64,000 nt of DNA from Vicinamibacterales bacterium (GCA_035646375.1 DASRPM010000104.1:4025-68024), one strand, 5' to 3'. Shown: positions 1-9,170, counted from the first letter of the stretch. Numbers and translations are program-made. Notes: generated by a model from the sequence alone, not told the origin.

Positions 1-1109
1 TTCGAGATGGCGTTGCGCAGCTCGTTGCCGTCCGACACGCGGCGGCCCTGCACTTCGGTGATCACGTCGCCCTGCCTGAGGCCCGCGCGCTCCGCCGGGC
101 TGCCCGGCTCCACCTGGTTGACGAGTGCGCCGCGCACGTCGCTCAGGCCGAGGCTCGCTGCCAGGTCGGCGGTGATCGGCTGCACGGTGACGCCCAGCTT
201 CGCGCGGCGCACGTGGCCGCTCGAGATCAGCTGGCCCATCACGTTCTTCGCCATGTTCGACGGGATGGCGAAGCCCAGACCGATGTTGCCGCCCGACGGC
301 GACATGATCTGCGACGGGATGCCGAGGAGCTCGCCCTGCAGGTTCACCAGCGCGCCGCCCGAGTTGCCGTGGTTGATCGGCGCGTCGGTCTGCAGGAAGT
401 CCTGGAAGCTGCCGTCGCCGGTGGGAGTGGTGCGCCCCTTGGCGCTGATGATGCCCGACGTCACCGTCTGGCCGACGCCAAGCGGGTTGCCGATGGCCAG
501 CACCACGTCGCCCACGCGCGCCTTGTCCGAGTCGGCCAGCGGAATCGTGCGCAGCCCGGTGGCCTGCACCTTCAGCACCGCCAGGTCGCTCAGCGCGTCG
601 TCGCCCACCACGGTGGCCGTGAGCACGCGGCGATCCGCGAGCTCCACCTCGACGCGATCGGCGCCGTCCACCACGTGGTGGTTGGTCAGGATGTAGCCGT
701 CGGCGTTGATGATGACGCCGGAGCCCAACCCTTCCTGGCGCGGCACGCGCATGCGGCCGCCGCCGCGCTCGTCGAAGCCGCGGCCGAAGAAGTCACGGAA
801 CCGGGGATCGGAAAACGGGAGCGCGGCGGGCGCGGCCTGCGCCTTCTTGGCGACGCGAACGGTGACCACGCTCGGGGTGACCTGGTCGACGACACTGGCG
901 TACGATGACACGCCGGCTGCAACGGCCGGTGCTGCCGGGGCGGCAGCGGGAGCCGCAGCCGCAGGTGCCGCGCCGGCGGCGTGCACTGCGGTCGTGTCTC
1001 GCCACGTCGAGCCCACGGCTACCCCGCACAGCGCGGTCGCGACAACGACGGCCGCCGTGTAGCTTCGGGCAGCCCGTCGCGTGTCGTGCTGCGATGTGTG
1101 ATGCGTCAT
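1..1109 (-). CDS. htrA: HtrA/DegP-family periplasmic serine endoprotease. The 3' end runs off the left edge, and it is absent from the ORF track because there is no in-window stop.
   Basis: Hand translation of the minus strand from the ATG at 1109 gives MTHHTSQHD... It shows the triad motifs TNHHVV, DLAVLKV and GNSGGAL, then a PDZ-like GLRQGDVITEVQG, and has an N-terminal hydrophobic anchor. Confidence 0.9.
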   Translation of the reverse strand, partial: MTHHTSQHDTRRAARSYTAAVVVATALCGVAVGSTWRDTTAVHAAGAAPAAAAPAAAPAAPAVAAGVSSYASVVDQVTPSVVTVRVAKKAQAAPAALPFSDPRFRDFFGRGFDERGGGRMRVPRQEGLGSGVIINADGYILTNHHVVDGADRVEVELADRRVLTATVVGDDALSDLAVLKVQATGLRTIPLADSDKARVGDVVLAIGNPLGVGQTVTSGIISAKGRTTPTGDGSFQDFLQTDAPINHGNSGGALVNLQGELLGIPSQIMSPSGGNIGLGFAIPSNMAKNVMGQLISSGHVRRAKLGVTVQPITADLAASLGLSDVRGALVNQVEPGSPAERAGLRQGDVITEVQGRRVSDGNELRNAIS

Positions 1110-2348
1110 ATGACTGAACCCTCCATGTCCGGTTGGACGCCACACCCTCGCGCTTGGACGGGAGGGCCGCTGGCGGAGGCCGCCTGGGGCCTGTTGGGAG
1201 CGGCCGCCGTGCTGGCGTTCGTGGCGATCTGGGTGGTTGCTCCGGCCCCCGCCTCTGCTCTGCTTCCGTTCGGCGTCGCGGCACCCGAGCTGAGCCCGGC
1301 GCTGAGCCTCGTGGCCCTGGCCGTCGCCGCCGCGGCGTGGGCACTGCGACGCCGGCGCCCGTCGCGATCTGCCGCGGTTCTGGCGCTTTGCGCCGCCGCG
1401 CTCTTCGCGATCCCCATGGCGCAACTTCCTTCCACCGTGCGGCGGTTCGATGCGGCGATGGCCACGGCTGGGCTGGTCGCGAGCGACGGCGTGCCGGCTG
1501 GCGACTTCGGGCGCGCGGCGCCCTTCCGCCTGCGGGACCTCGTGCTCGGCGTGGCGCGAGGGGAGTCGGCCGTGCGCCGCGGCGTCGCCATCGCCGGATC
1601 CTCGCCGCTGGCCCTCGACGTCTACGCACGCGACGGCGTCCGCAACGCGCCGCTGCTGGTGCAGATCTATGGCGGCGCGTGGCAGCGCGGCCAGCCCGGC
1701 GACGACGAGGCGTTCGCCCGGTACTTCGCGTCGCGCGGGTTCGTAGTGGCAGCCATCGACTACCGCCACGCGCCCGCCGCCCGGTGGCCGGCACAGATCG
1801 ACGACGTTCGGGCCGCGTTGGCCTGGCTGCGCACGCACGCCGGCGAGCTCGGGGCCGATCCGGCGCGGATGGTGCTCGTGGGCCGCTCGGCGGGCGCGCA
1901 ACTTGCGCTCGTGGCGGCGTATCAGGCTGGCGTGCCGGCGGTCGCCGGCGTGGTGAGCTTGTACGGCCCGGTCTTTCTGGCCGACGGGTGGCGGGAACCG
2001 CCGCGGCCGGATCCGCTGGACGTGCGCGCGATCCTGGAAACGTATCTCGGCGGGACGCCGGACCAGATGCCGGATCGGTACGCGGCCGCTTCGCCCGTCA
2101 CGTACGTGTCGTCGAAGGTCCCGCCGACGTTGCTGGTCTACGGCCGCCGCGATCACATCGTGGAGGTGCGCTTCGCGCGCCAGCTCGAGGCACGGCTGCG
2201 CCAGGTCAGCGCGCCCGTCGTGCTCCTCGAGATTCCGTGGGCCGAACATGCGTTCGACATCCTGCCCGACGGGCTGAGCGCGCAGGTGGCGCTCTTCTAC
2301 ACCGAGCGCTTCCTGGCCGGACTCCCGGGGCTGCACGAGCGTCCGTAG
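1110..2348 (+). CDS. Membrane-anchored alpha/beta hydrolase (esterase/lipase, fold-3 type)
   Basis: In frame with track ORF 981..2348; start moved to the ATG at 1110, divergent from htrA. N-terminal TM helices, then LLVQIYGGAWQRG, IDYRHAP and the GRSAGAQLA nucleophile elbow. Confidence 0.8.
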   Translation: MTEPSMSGWTPHPRAWTGGPLAEAAWGLLGAAAVLAFVAIWVVAPAPASALLPFGVAAPELSPALSLVALAVAAAAWALRRRRPSRSAAVLALCAAALFAIPMAQLPSTVRRFDAAMATAGLVASDGVPAGDFGRAAPFRLRDLVLGVARGESAVRRGVAIAGSSPLALDVYARDGVRNAPLLVQIYGGAWQRGQPGDDEAFARYFASRGFVVAAIDYRHAPAARWPAQIDDVRAALAWLRTHAGELGADPARMVLVGRSAGAQLALVAAYQAGVPAVAGVVSLYGPVFLADGWREPPRPDPLDVRAILETYLGGTPDQMPDRYAAASPVTYVSSKVPPTLLVYGRRDHIVEVRFARQLEARLRQVSAPVVLLEIPWAEHAFDILPDGLSAQVALFYTERFLAGLPGLHERP

Positions 2349-2381
2349 CACTGACCGCCGCCGAGTTTGTAAACTGAGGGG

Positions 2382-3704
2382 GTGAGCGCCAGCTTCAGGA
2401 TGCTGCCGGCCGCGCTGGCCGCCGTCGCTCTGCTCGGCCTCGCCGCTCCGGCTCACACCGCAGACTTCTTCGTGGCGCCTGGCGGCGTGGGCAACGGCAG
2501 CGGCAGCTTTCCGTTCGGACGCATCCAGGACGCGCTGAACGCGGCGCGCGCCGGCGACGTGATCACGGTCGCGCCCGGCACCTACAACGAAGCGCTGCTC
2601 AGCGTCCGGAACGGTGCCGCGGCCGCACCCATCACGCTGCGAGCGGCGACGCCGCGCACGGCCGTCGTCACGCGGGCCGGCCGCGTGCTGACGGTGGGCC
2701 ACGCCTACCTGATCGTGGACGGGTTCGTGTTCGACGGGCAGTACGGCGGCGACGACGCCGTGCGCGTCACCGGCAGCGGCGACTTCCTGCTGCTGCGCAA
2801 CTCCGAGGTGCGCCGCTCCACCAAGGACCTGATCGACATGGACAACCCGGAGGGCGTGGTGATCGAGGGCTGCCTGCTGCACCATGCGCTGAACGCCGCT
2901 GACGGGCGCACCGACGCGCACGCCGTGGCGGCGGGCGCGGTGCGCAACCTGACGATCCGCGACACCGAGATCCACACGTTCTCCGGCGACGGCTTGCAGG
3001 TAGATCCTGGCCGCGCGGCACCGGGTTGGGATCTGGTGACGGTGGAGCGCTCGAAGATCTGGCTGGCGCCGCTGCCGGCGCCCGAGAACGGCTTCGCCGC
3101 CGGCGCGGTGCCCGGCGAGAACGCCATCGACACCAAGGCGGCCGCCACCAGCGTGCGCTCGCGCCTCGTCATCCGCGACACGATCGCGTCGGGCTTCCGC
3201 GGCGGCCTCCGCAACATGGCCGCATTCAATCTCAAGGAACACGTGGACGTCGTCGTGGACGGCGTCACGGTGTTCGACTCCGAGATTGCGTTCCGGCTGC
3301 GGGGGCCGGCCACCGGCGCGCGCGTGCTGGTGCAGAACGCGGTCGTGCACGACGTGGCGACGGCGTTCCGCTACGAGGACAACATCCAGAACCTGCGGAT
3401 CTGGAACAGCACCGTGGGGCGCAACGTCACGCGCCCGTTCCAGGCGGCGTCGGCGCCGAGCGCCACGCTCGACGTGCGCAACCTGCTGTCGATCCCGGCG
3501 CTCACGCCCGAAGCGCGCGCGTCGTCGAACTTGCGGGTGACGACGGCCGCCTTCGTGAACGCGGGCGCGCACGACTATCACCTGGCCGCGGGCTCGCCGG
3601 CCACCGACGTGGGCGAGCGCCTGACCGCGGTGACGGCCGACCGCGACGGCGTTCAGCGGCCGCAGGCCGGCGCCTACGACATCGGGGCGTACGAGGTGCA
3701 ATAG
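2382..3704 (+). CDS. Secreted right-handed parallel beta-helix repeat protein (pectate-lyase fold)
   Basis: Signal peptide MLPAALAAVALLGLAAPAHTA. Also GDVITVAPGTYNE and the C-terminal DYHLAAGSPATDVG...YDIGAYE motif typical of this family. Confidence 0.75.
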   Translation: MSASFRMLPAALAAVALLGLAAPAHTADFFVAPGGVGNGSGSFPFGRIQDALNAARAGDVITVAPGTYNEALLSVRNGAAAAPITLRAATPRTAVVTRAGRVLTVGHAYLIVDGFVFDGQYGGDDAVRVTGSGDFLLLRNSEVRRSTKDLIDMDNPEGVVIEGCLLHHALNAADGRTDAHAVAAGAVRNLTIRDTEIHTFSGDGLQVDPGRAAPGWDLVTVERSKIWLAPLPAPENGFAAGAVPGENAIDTKAAATSVRSRLVIRDTIASGFRGGLRNMAAFNLKEHVDVVVDGVTVFDSEIAFRLRGPATGARVLVQNAVVHDVATAFRYEDNIQNLRIWNSTVGRNVTRPFQAASAPSATLDVRNLLSIPALTPEARASSNLRVTTAAFVNAGAHDYHLAAGSPATDVGERLTAVTADRDGVQRPQAGAYDIGAYEVQ

Positions 3705-3835
3705 GGTCAGGTGGGGCGGGTGGGTCAGGTAGGGCTGGTAGGGAAAGCAAGAGCTCTTGTCCCTACCGGACCATTCGAACCCACCCGACTCCGCACCCGG
3801 CCCACCCGACCTACCAGACCCACCTGACTAGGTCG
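3705..3835. repeat. Array of ~9-nt units (GGGTCAGGT GGGGCGGGT GGGTCAGGT AGGGCTGGT AGGG) followed by an inverted copy (CCCTACC...CCCACCCGAC...CCCACCTGAC), giving a long imperfect hairpin
   Basis: Read directly; begins immediately after the stop at 3704. Confidence 0.7.
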
Positions 3836-3854
3836 GTGTATCGTCTTGAGCTCG

Positions 3855-4010
3855 ATGCGCAACGTCCTGGTTGGAGTGGTGCTCGCGGCGGGTCTGGCGT
3901 TGGCGCTGTCGCCGCTGACCATTGCGGGCATCGACGCCTGGAAGATCGTGCTCGCCGCGGGGGGCGCCTTCCTGTTCGTCACGGCCGGACGGGGCAGCAA
4001 AGTCAGGTAG
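3855..4010 (+). CDS. Possible 51-aa two-helix small membrane protein (below the track length cutoff)
   Basis: ATG..TAG frame translating to MRNVLVGVVLAAGLALALSPLTIAGIDAWKIVLAAGGAFLFVTAGRGSKVR. GC3-rich codons; flanked on both sides by hairpin arrays. Confidence 0.35.
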   Translation: MRNVLVGVVLAAGLALALSPLTIAGIDAWKIVLAAGGAFLFVTAGRGSKVR

Positions 4011-4057
4011 GTCGACTCCCTACCTGACTCACCTGACCTACCCGACCCACCTGACCG
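4003..4057. terminator. Bidirectional hairpin: GTCAGGTAGG / CCTACCTGAC 10-bp stem plus further inverted 9-mers
   Basis: Lies between convergent ends (small ORF stop at 4010, SYLF stop at 4058). Confidence 0.5.
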
Positions 4058-4732
4058 TTACATCTTTTCCTTCAGCACCTTGATCCACGGCTCGGCCGCC
4101 GCCGTGGGCTCGACCTTGCGCTCCACGACGACGTTCTTCGTGCTGTAGCCGACGCCGTAGATCTTCTCGTTGGCGTCGCGGTCGGCGCGGATGGTCGAGC
4201 CCGCCAGGCTGACGCCGGCGAACAGGCCGCGCGAGCGCGAGTAGCTGAGGATCTGCGCCTGCAGCTTGTAGTCGGTGGACGCCGTCGCCTCGCGGCCGAC
4301 GGGCCCCGCCGCCACCGATGCGTCGCCGCCGATCTTGAACGTGTTCTGCGCCAGGTTCTCGATGCCGCGCTCGTTCACCACCACCAGCACGATGTCGGTC
4401 GCCTGACCGCCAATCTGGAACCCCAGGCTGCCGCCGGTGAGCGTGACGAATGCTGGCGCCGACCAGCCCGACGCCGACTTGACGCTCATAACCCCTTTGC
4501 CGCGCTGCGCGCCGATGAGCAGGGCGCCCTTGACGGTGGAGGGGATGACCACGATGGCCTTCGCCTGCTCGACGATGGCTTCGGGCACGCCCTTGTCGGG
4601 TGCTGACAGCACCTCCTCGAGCACGCGCGCGGATTCGATCAGGCGATCGGTTTCCACCTGCTGCGCGACGGCGAGTCGCGGCAGCAACGTCAATGTGAGC
4701 ACCGCAAGCGCAACGGCGACCTTGCTCGTCAT
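4058..4732 (-). CDS. Periplasmic SYLF (Ysc84/DUF500) lipid-binding domain protein
   Basis: Start moved to M14, with GGAGG 7 nt upstream. Signal peptide, then GGSLGFQIGGQATDIVLVV, GGDASVAAGPVGREA and SYSRSRGLFAGVSLAG. Confidence 0.85.
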   Translation of the reverse strand: MTSKVAVALAVLTLTLLPRLAVAQQVETDRLIESARVLEEVLSAPDKGVPEAIVEQAKAIVVIPSTVKGALLIGAQRGKGVMSVKSASGWSAPAFVTLTGGSLGFQIGGQATDIVLVVVNERGIENLAQNTFKIGGDASVAAGPVGREATASTDYKLQAQILSYSRSRGLFAGVSLAGSTIRADRDANEKIYGVGYSTKNVVVERKVEPTAAAEPWIKVLKEKM

Positions 4733-4775
4733 CTGGGGGTCCTCCTTGAAGACCCCGAGCGTATCACGCACGAGG

Positions 4776-5669
4776 CTAGCCGATGCCGGCCACCGGCTTG
4801 GTGATGGTCCCGAGGTCGTCGATGCGCGATAGATCCGCGCGCGGGTTGTTGAACCGTTCGCCCGTCTCGATGACGACGCTCGCGTGCAGCAGATCGGTGT
4901 CGCGGATGCGCCGCTTCACCTCGAGGTCGATCTTGTGCGTGCTCAGCGCCGCGGGCTTCTTGGCGCCTGCCAGGTTGGCCAGCACGTCGCTCTCTCGAAT
5001 CGGCAAACCGCACCGCTTCGCGTTCTGGAACAGCCAGTTGAGCGCGATCGGGTTGAGCGAGGGGTTCTCGTTGCCGCCGCCGACGTCCGAGTGCACGCCG
5101 CGGAACCAGACTTCCTGCAGCAGGACGCCGGTGGTCGGTCCGCTGCCCGAAAGCCGTTTGAGCGGAAAGAACAGCCGGCTCTCGTCGAGCGCCATCGCGT
5201 GGAAGACGTTGTGGGCGTTGGGCGGCATGTCCAGGTTGTGACCGGCGTTGACGTGCTCGCCGGGCAGCCCGAACTCGCCGACGACGTCGAACAGCCCGAT
5301 GAAGCGCACGTTCTGGTCCTTCATCTTGCTGGCGATCTCGTTGGCAAACGACAGCGCCAGCGCGGCGCCGCGGCTGAAGCCCGCGATGTCCACCACCGCG
5401 TCACCCGCTTCGATGTTGTTCTCGAGCCGCTCCATCGCCTGGCGCACGCGCTGGTGTCCGCCGATGCCAAAGGCTTCCGAGAACGTCCGGCCGATGAACG
5501 TGCGCGCCCGCCTGCCGATGCCCTTCAGGTACAGGCTGCCGATCTCCTTGCCGGGATCGTCGTTCTTGTTGGGATCCTCGTACGCGTTGAAGAACTTGCA
5601 GGCGTTCGAGTCGCGATTGTCGCCGTCACGATCTTCCTGGCCGGTGCCGTCGAAAACATAGAGCGCCAT
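4776..5669 (-). CDS. Minimal DUF2235 / Tle1-like alpha/beta hydrolase (298 aa)
   Basis: Start at MALYVFDGTGQ. GFSRGA nucleophile motif, VWFRGVHSDVGGG; no signal peptide. Confidence 0.75.
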   Translation of the reverse strand: MALYVFDGTGQEDRDGDNRDSNACKFFNAYEDPNKNDDPGKEIGSLYLKGIGRRARTFIGRTFSEAFGIGGHQRVRQAMERLENNIEAGDAVVDIAGFSRGAALALSFANEIASKMKDQNVRFIGLFDVVGEFGLPGEHVNAGHNLDMPPNAHNVFHAMALDESRLFFPLKRLSGSGPTTGVLLQEVWFRGVHSDVGGGNENPSLNPIALNWLFQNAKRCGLPIRESDVLANLAGAKKPAALSTHKIDLEVKRRIRDTDLLHASVVIETGERFNNPRADLSRIDDLGTITKPVAGIG

Positions 5670-5826
5670 GGTGACCTCGCGATGACAAATTGCGAACCGG
5701 CGTTGAGCCGGTTTGCCAGACACTGGGCGCGGTCCGCGTTCTTGGCGGGCCGCGCTTTGAAAGTGGAGCGATCCTACAGAAAGAACGTCGCGTGCGCGCG
5801 AATCGAACGGCGCAAGCCCAGCCGTT

Positions 5827-7017
5827 CTAATGCGATACCGGCCTGACGTGCGCGAACACGGCGAGGCCGAGGCCGACACCGCCGTAATTCGGTTGAATCG
5901 AAGGCGGGACGAACGCCGCGGACGCGGAAGCGCCCAAGCCCATCTGGAGGAAGCGTCTGGCGCGCGCGTAGTGGACGTAGCCGCCCTGCAGTTTTCCGAC
6001 CGTAAGGATGGCGGCGGGTTGCTCGTGGATGTGCAGCGAGTGTGACGGCTTGCTGTTGAGCTCGGCGCGTCCGAAGACAGCCGCGCCGTTGTTCAGCGTC
6101 ATGTTCGCCTCGGCGAGGCCGGCGTGTGTTCGCTGGCCGCGCTCGGTGTTGGCGCCCCAGGCCAGCGTTCCGGCCGCGCGGCCGCGCGTGTAGCTCGCCG
6201 AGGCGGTCACGCGCGTGATGTCGTAACGCGGACCGTTGGCGAACTCCTGTTCGGCGGATTCGAGCCGGCCGGCCGACATCTGCACCGCGAGCGTCGAGTG
6301 CGGACGAAAGGTGACGCGTCCCGACACCGAGTCGAGCGGCGCGAGATCGAGTCCGCCGCGCGACTCGTCGGGCTCGCGGCCGTTGAACGCCGACGCCTCC
6401 AGGAGCCAGCGCTGGCCCGACAGGCCCGCCGTCACGACGCCGAACGAGATGTGCGTCGCGTCGAGCCAGTGGTGCGAGATGGGCGCCACCGGGTTCGACG
6501 CCGCCGACGCGCGATGTGGAAACGCTGGCGGACCGAGCGCCGGCTCGCCCGCGAGGCCGGCGTAGAGGCGCCACGTCAGGCCGCGCGCGAGCGGACGCTC
6601 GTACTGGCCCGCCAGTTCCATGAACAGATCGTGCGGATGCTGCCGGTCGTGCAGGCCGTCGCCTTCGCACAGTTCGCCGCTCGCGAGCAGGTCGGGATAC
6701 CCGCAGCCGGGAATCGTCCACGGCTCCAGGCTCAGCATCACGCGCGCGCTCGCGTGGCCGCTGGCCGCCGGACGCCGGGCCGTGGCCATGAACCAGTTGA
6801 TGCTGCCCAGCTGATGCGCGCCGCGATGGATGGGGGCCCATTCCTGGATGTACTGCACGAACAGGTTGCCGTGCAGCGTCAGCGTCCACGCGCCCGCCTC
6901 GAGGTGATGCTCCGCGTGTTCGTCGGCTGGCGGGGGATGCTGATGCTCCTGCGCGCCTGCCGCCGCGGCCGTGGCGGCCAGAAGCACGGCGGCGGCGAAA
7001 CCTCTCGAGGGGAGCAA
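5827..7017 (-). CDS. Putative outer-membrane beta-barrel protein with a His-rich N-terminus
   Basis: TTG start and signal peptide ...AAAAGAQ, then EHQHPPPADEHAEHH. Alternating beta-strand-like sequence to the C-terminus. Family not recognised. Confidence 0.55.
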   Translation of the reverse strand: MLPSRGFAAAVLLAATAAAAGAQEHQHPPPADEHAEHHLEAGAWTLTLHGNLFVQYIQEWAPIHRGAHQLGSINWFMATARRPAASGHASARVMLSLEPWTIPGCGYPDLLASGELCEGDGLHDRQHPHDLFMELAGQYERPLARGLTWRLYAGLAGEPALGPPAFPHRASAASNPVAPISHHWLDATHISFGVVTAGLSGQRWLLEASAFNGREPDESRGGLDLAPLDSVSGRVTFRPHSTLAVQMSAGRLESAEQEFANGPRYDITRVTASASYTRGRAAGTLAWGANTERGQRTHAGLAEANMTLNNGAAVFGRAELNSKPSHSLHIHEQPAAILTVGKLQGGYVHYARARRFLQMGLGASASAAFVPPSIQPNYGGVGLGLAVFAHVRPVSH

Positions 7018-7055
7018 GAATCCAAGTATAGGGATAATGTGGAGCGAGACGACCG

Positions 7056-7460
7056 ATGACCGACAAGACCTTTCCCGTCGAGAAGACCGATGCCGAGTGG
7101 CGCGCGCAGCTCACGCCGTCGCAGTACGCCGTGCTGCGCGGGCACGGCACCGAGCGTCCCGGCTCCTGCGCGCTCTTGAGCGAGAAACGCGCCGGCACGT
7201 TTTCCTGCGCCGGCTGCGAACAGCCGCTCTTCATGACCGGCCGCAAGTTCGAGAGCGGCACCGGGTGGCCCAGCTTTTTCGAGCCGCTCGAGGGGTCGAT
7301 TGAAACCACCGACGACAGCAGCTACGGCATGGTCCGCACCGAGGTCCATTGCAGCCAGTGCGGCGGCCACCTCGGGCACGTGTTTCCGGATGGTCCACCC
7401 CCGACGGGCCTGCGCTACTGCATCAACGGCGTCGCCTTGAACTTCGCCCCGGCCGCGTAG
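7056..7460 (+). CDS. msrB: Peptide-methionine (R)-S-oxide reductase
   Basis: CAGCEQPLF ... GTGWPSFF ... HCSQCGGHLGHVFPDGP ... RYCINGVAL. Confidence 0.95.
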   Translation: MTDKTFPVEKTDAEWRAQLTPSQYAVLRGHGTERPGSCALLSEKRAGTFSCAGCEQPLFMTGRKFESGTGWPSFFEPLEGSIETTDDSSYGMVRTEVHCSQCGGHLGHVFPDGPPPTGLRYCINGVALNFAPAA

Positions 7461-7552
7461 CCGCCCGGAGGGCGGGCAATAGACCACTGCGTCCAGCCAG
7501 GCGGAACCCGCACGCTTGTCAGATCCGGGTGAGCCTCGCTAGACTGCGGGCC

Positions 7553-8446
7553 ATGCAGAAGTTGCTTCAGGTCTGTGTCGTGGCTGGCGTCCTCGCTGGT
7601 GCCCTGCCGGCGTGGGCCGAGGCGCCCGCCGGGTCGCTCTCGGCGCTCAGTACGCAGCCCTCGATGAACGTGTTCCGCCGCTTCGCGGTGGATCGCGCCA
7701 AGATGATCGAGTTCTACGGCGAGGTGCTCGGGCTCAAGCAGCTGCCGTCGATCCAGCTGGGCGGCGGCAACGAGATGATCCTGTTCGCCATCGGTACCGG
7801 GCAGGTCAAGCTGCAGGCCACGCCCGCGGCCAGCCAGTATCCGAACGGCGAGGTGAAGGCGGTCACCGGTCTTCGCGTGTTGACGTTCTTCTATCCCGAC
7901 GAGACCGCGGTGGCGGCCCGTTTCACGGCCAAGGGGTATCCCGCTCCGTCGTTCCGGGCGCGTGCCGGCGGCGGCCGCGTGGCCATGGCGCTCGATCCCG
8001 AGAAGCAGTGGGTGGAGCTGGTGGTGATCCCGAACGCACCCGCCGACACCTATCAGCGTCTCGAGGTCGGCATCACCGCGTCGAATCTCGAGAAGAGCCG
8101 CGCGTTCTACCGGTCGTTCGTCGGCCTCGAGGAGCTGCCGCCGGTGACCGACCCGGTGCTGGGCACCACGAAGTACCCGTTCCGCCACGGCGAGACCACG
8201 ATCAACGTGTGGTCGTTCGGCGCCGGTCTGCCCGCCAACAAGAGCAGCGCCGGCATCCAGTACGTGATTTCCAACGTCGAGGCGGTGGACGTGAAGGCGA
8301 AGGCGCAGTCGGTGCAGATCGATCGGCCGCTCGCGCCGTTCGGCCAGGGCCTTCGCACGATCTGGCTGTCCGATCCCGACGGCGTCACGAACTACTTCGC
8401 GCAGATCGTGCCGCGCCGCCCCGCGGCCGCTCCCGCCACGCCGTAG
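7553..8446 (+). CDS. Secreted two-domain VOC (glyoxalase/bleomycin-resistance/dioxygenase) family protein
   Basis: Start at MQKLLQV with a signal peptide. Two VOC-like halves (FYGEVLGLKQL...; AFYRSFVGLEEL...). Confidence 0.7.
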   Translation: MQKLLQVCVVAGVLAGALPAWAEAPAGSLSALSTQPSMNVFRRFAVDRAKMIEFYGEVLGLKQLPSIQLGGGNEMILFAIGTGQVKLQATPAASQYPNGEVKAVTGLRVLTFFYPDETAVAARFTAKGYPAPSFRARAGGGRVAMALDPEKQWVELVVIPNAPADTYQRLEVGITASNLEKSRAFYRSFVGLEELPPVTDPVLGTTKYPFRHGETTINVWSFGAGLPANKSSAGIQYVISNVEAVDVKAKAQSVQIDRPLAPFGQGLRTIWLSDPDGVTNYFAQIVPRRPAAAPATP

Positions 8447-8464
8447 CGGACGGGGCTGCGGGTC

Positions 8465-9022
8465 TTACCCGTCCTCCTTTTTCCCGTTGGGCGGGAGCTC
8501 GTCGTCGAGCTTCGACGTGAGCTGATGGACGTCCGTTTCCTGCGCCAGCTCCTCGATCCGCGGGTTGGTCACGGCCGGGGCGACGCCCAGATGCGTCGCG
8601 ATGTCCTGCAGCAGCTGCAGCACCGCGGTCATCTCGCGCTCCGCCAGTAGATCGATCTGCAGATCCAGATGCGCGCGCTTGTCGGCCTGCGTCGCCAGGC
8701 GGTTCTGGCTCGAGAGGACGAACAAGGCCAGAAAGATCGCTTCGAGCGAGACCATCGTGGTGAGCAGCGGAAACGGGAACGGGTCGAACGGCCGCACCGC
8801 CGGCACGAGATCAAGGTTCACCGCCGTCCAACCCACGAACCACATCAGGTGAACGACGAGCACCGGTCCGCGGCCGGCCGTGGACGTGATCCACTCGCTG
8901 ACGCGCTCGGCGCGCGAGCGGGAATGGAGCGCGGACTCCTCCCAGTCCTTGATGGCGCGCAGGTTCTGCTCCATCGCGCGCGAGATCGATGCCGTGTTCT
9001 GTTCCTGCTTCGGGGGTGACAT
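8465..9022 (-). CDS. DUF1003 family membrane protein
   Basis: FDPFPFPLLTTMVSLEAIFLALFVLSSQNR motif and two TM helices. Confidence 0.8.
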   Translation of the reverse strand: MSPPKQEQNTASISRAMEQNLRAIKDWEESALHSRSRAERVSEWITSTAGRGPVLVVHLMWFVGWTAVNLDLVPAVRPFDPFPFPLLTTMVSLEAIFLALFVLSSQNRLATQADKRAHLDLQIDLLAEREMTAVLQLLQDIATHLGVAPAVTNPRIEELAQETDVHQLTSKLDDELPPNGKKEDG

Positions 9023-9145
9023 GACGCGATGACTGCGATGTAACAGAGCACGTTCGGGGCCAACCCGGCCGCCGCCGGCGCCCCGCGGTGGGCCGCCGGC
9101 GGTGGTGGGAGCGTCGCAGATGGCGCGTTGCGCGCCGTGTGGATG

Positions 9146-9164
9146 GGCTGCAAATCTTGCAGCC
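9146..9164 (-). terminator. Hairpin GGCTGCAA-atc-TTGCAGCC
   Basis: 8-bp perfect stem just downstream of the stop at 9171 on the minus strand; no U-tract. Confidence 0.4.
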
Positions 9165-9170
9165 GTGACG

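Noticed and set aside
793-1794. Long Arg/Ala/Pro-rich ORFs on the opposite strand or in shifted frames of real genes. Examples are 793..1794-, 5774..7309-, 17549..19348+, 19847..21592-, 22655..23659-, 26520..28103-, 45283..47637-, 49052..51142- and 54853..56451-.
   Set aside because: These are typical high-GC shadow ORFs: compositionally extreme (R, A, G, P), lacking recognisable motifs, and each fully overlapping a gene with strong family signatures.
4776-5669. Calling the DUF2235 protein a type VI secretion effector
   Set aside because: No T6SS structural, VgrG, PAAR or Hcp genes are in the window, and the protein is much shorter than known Tle1 effectors. It is kept only as a fold-level call with a hypothesis.
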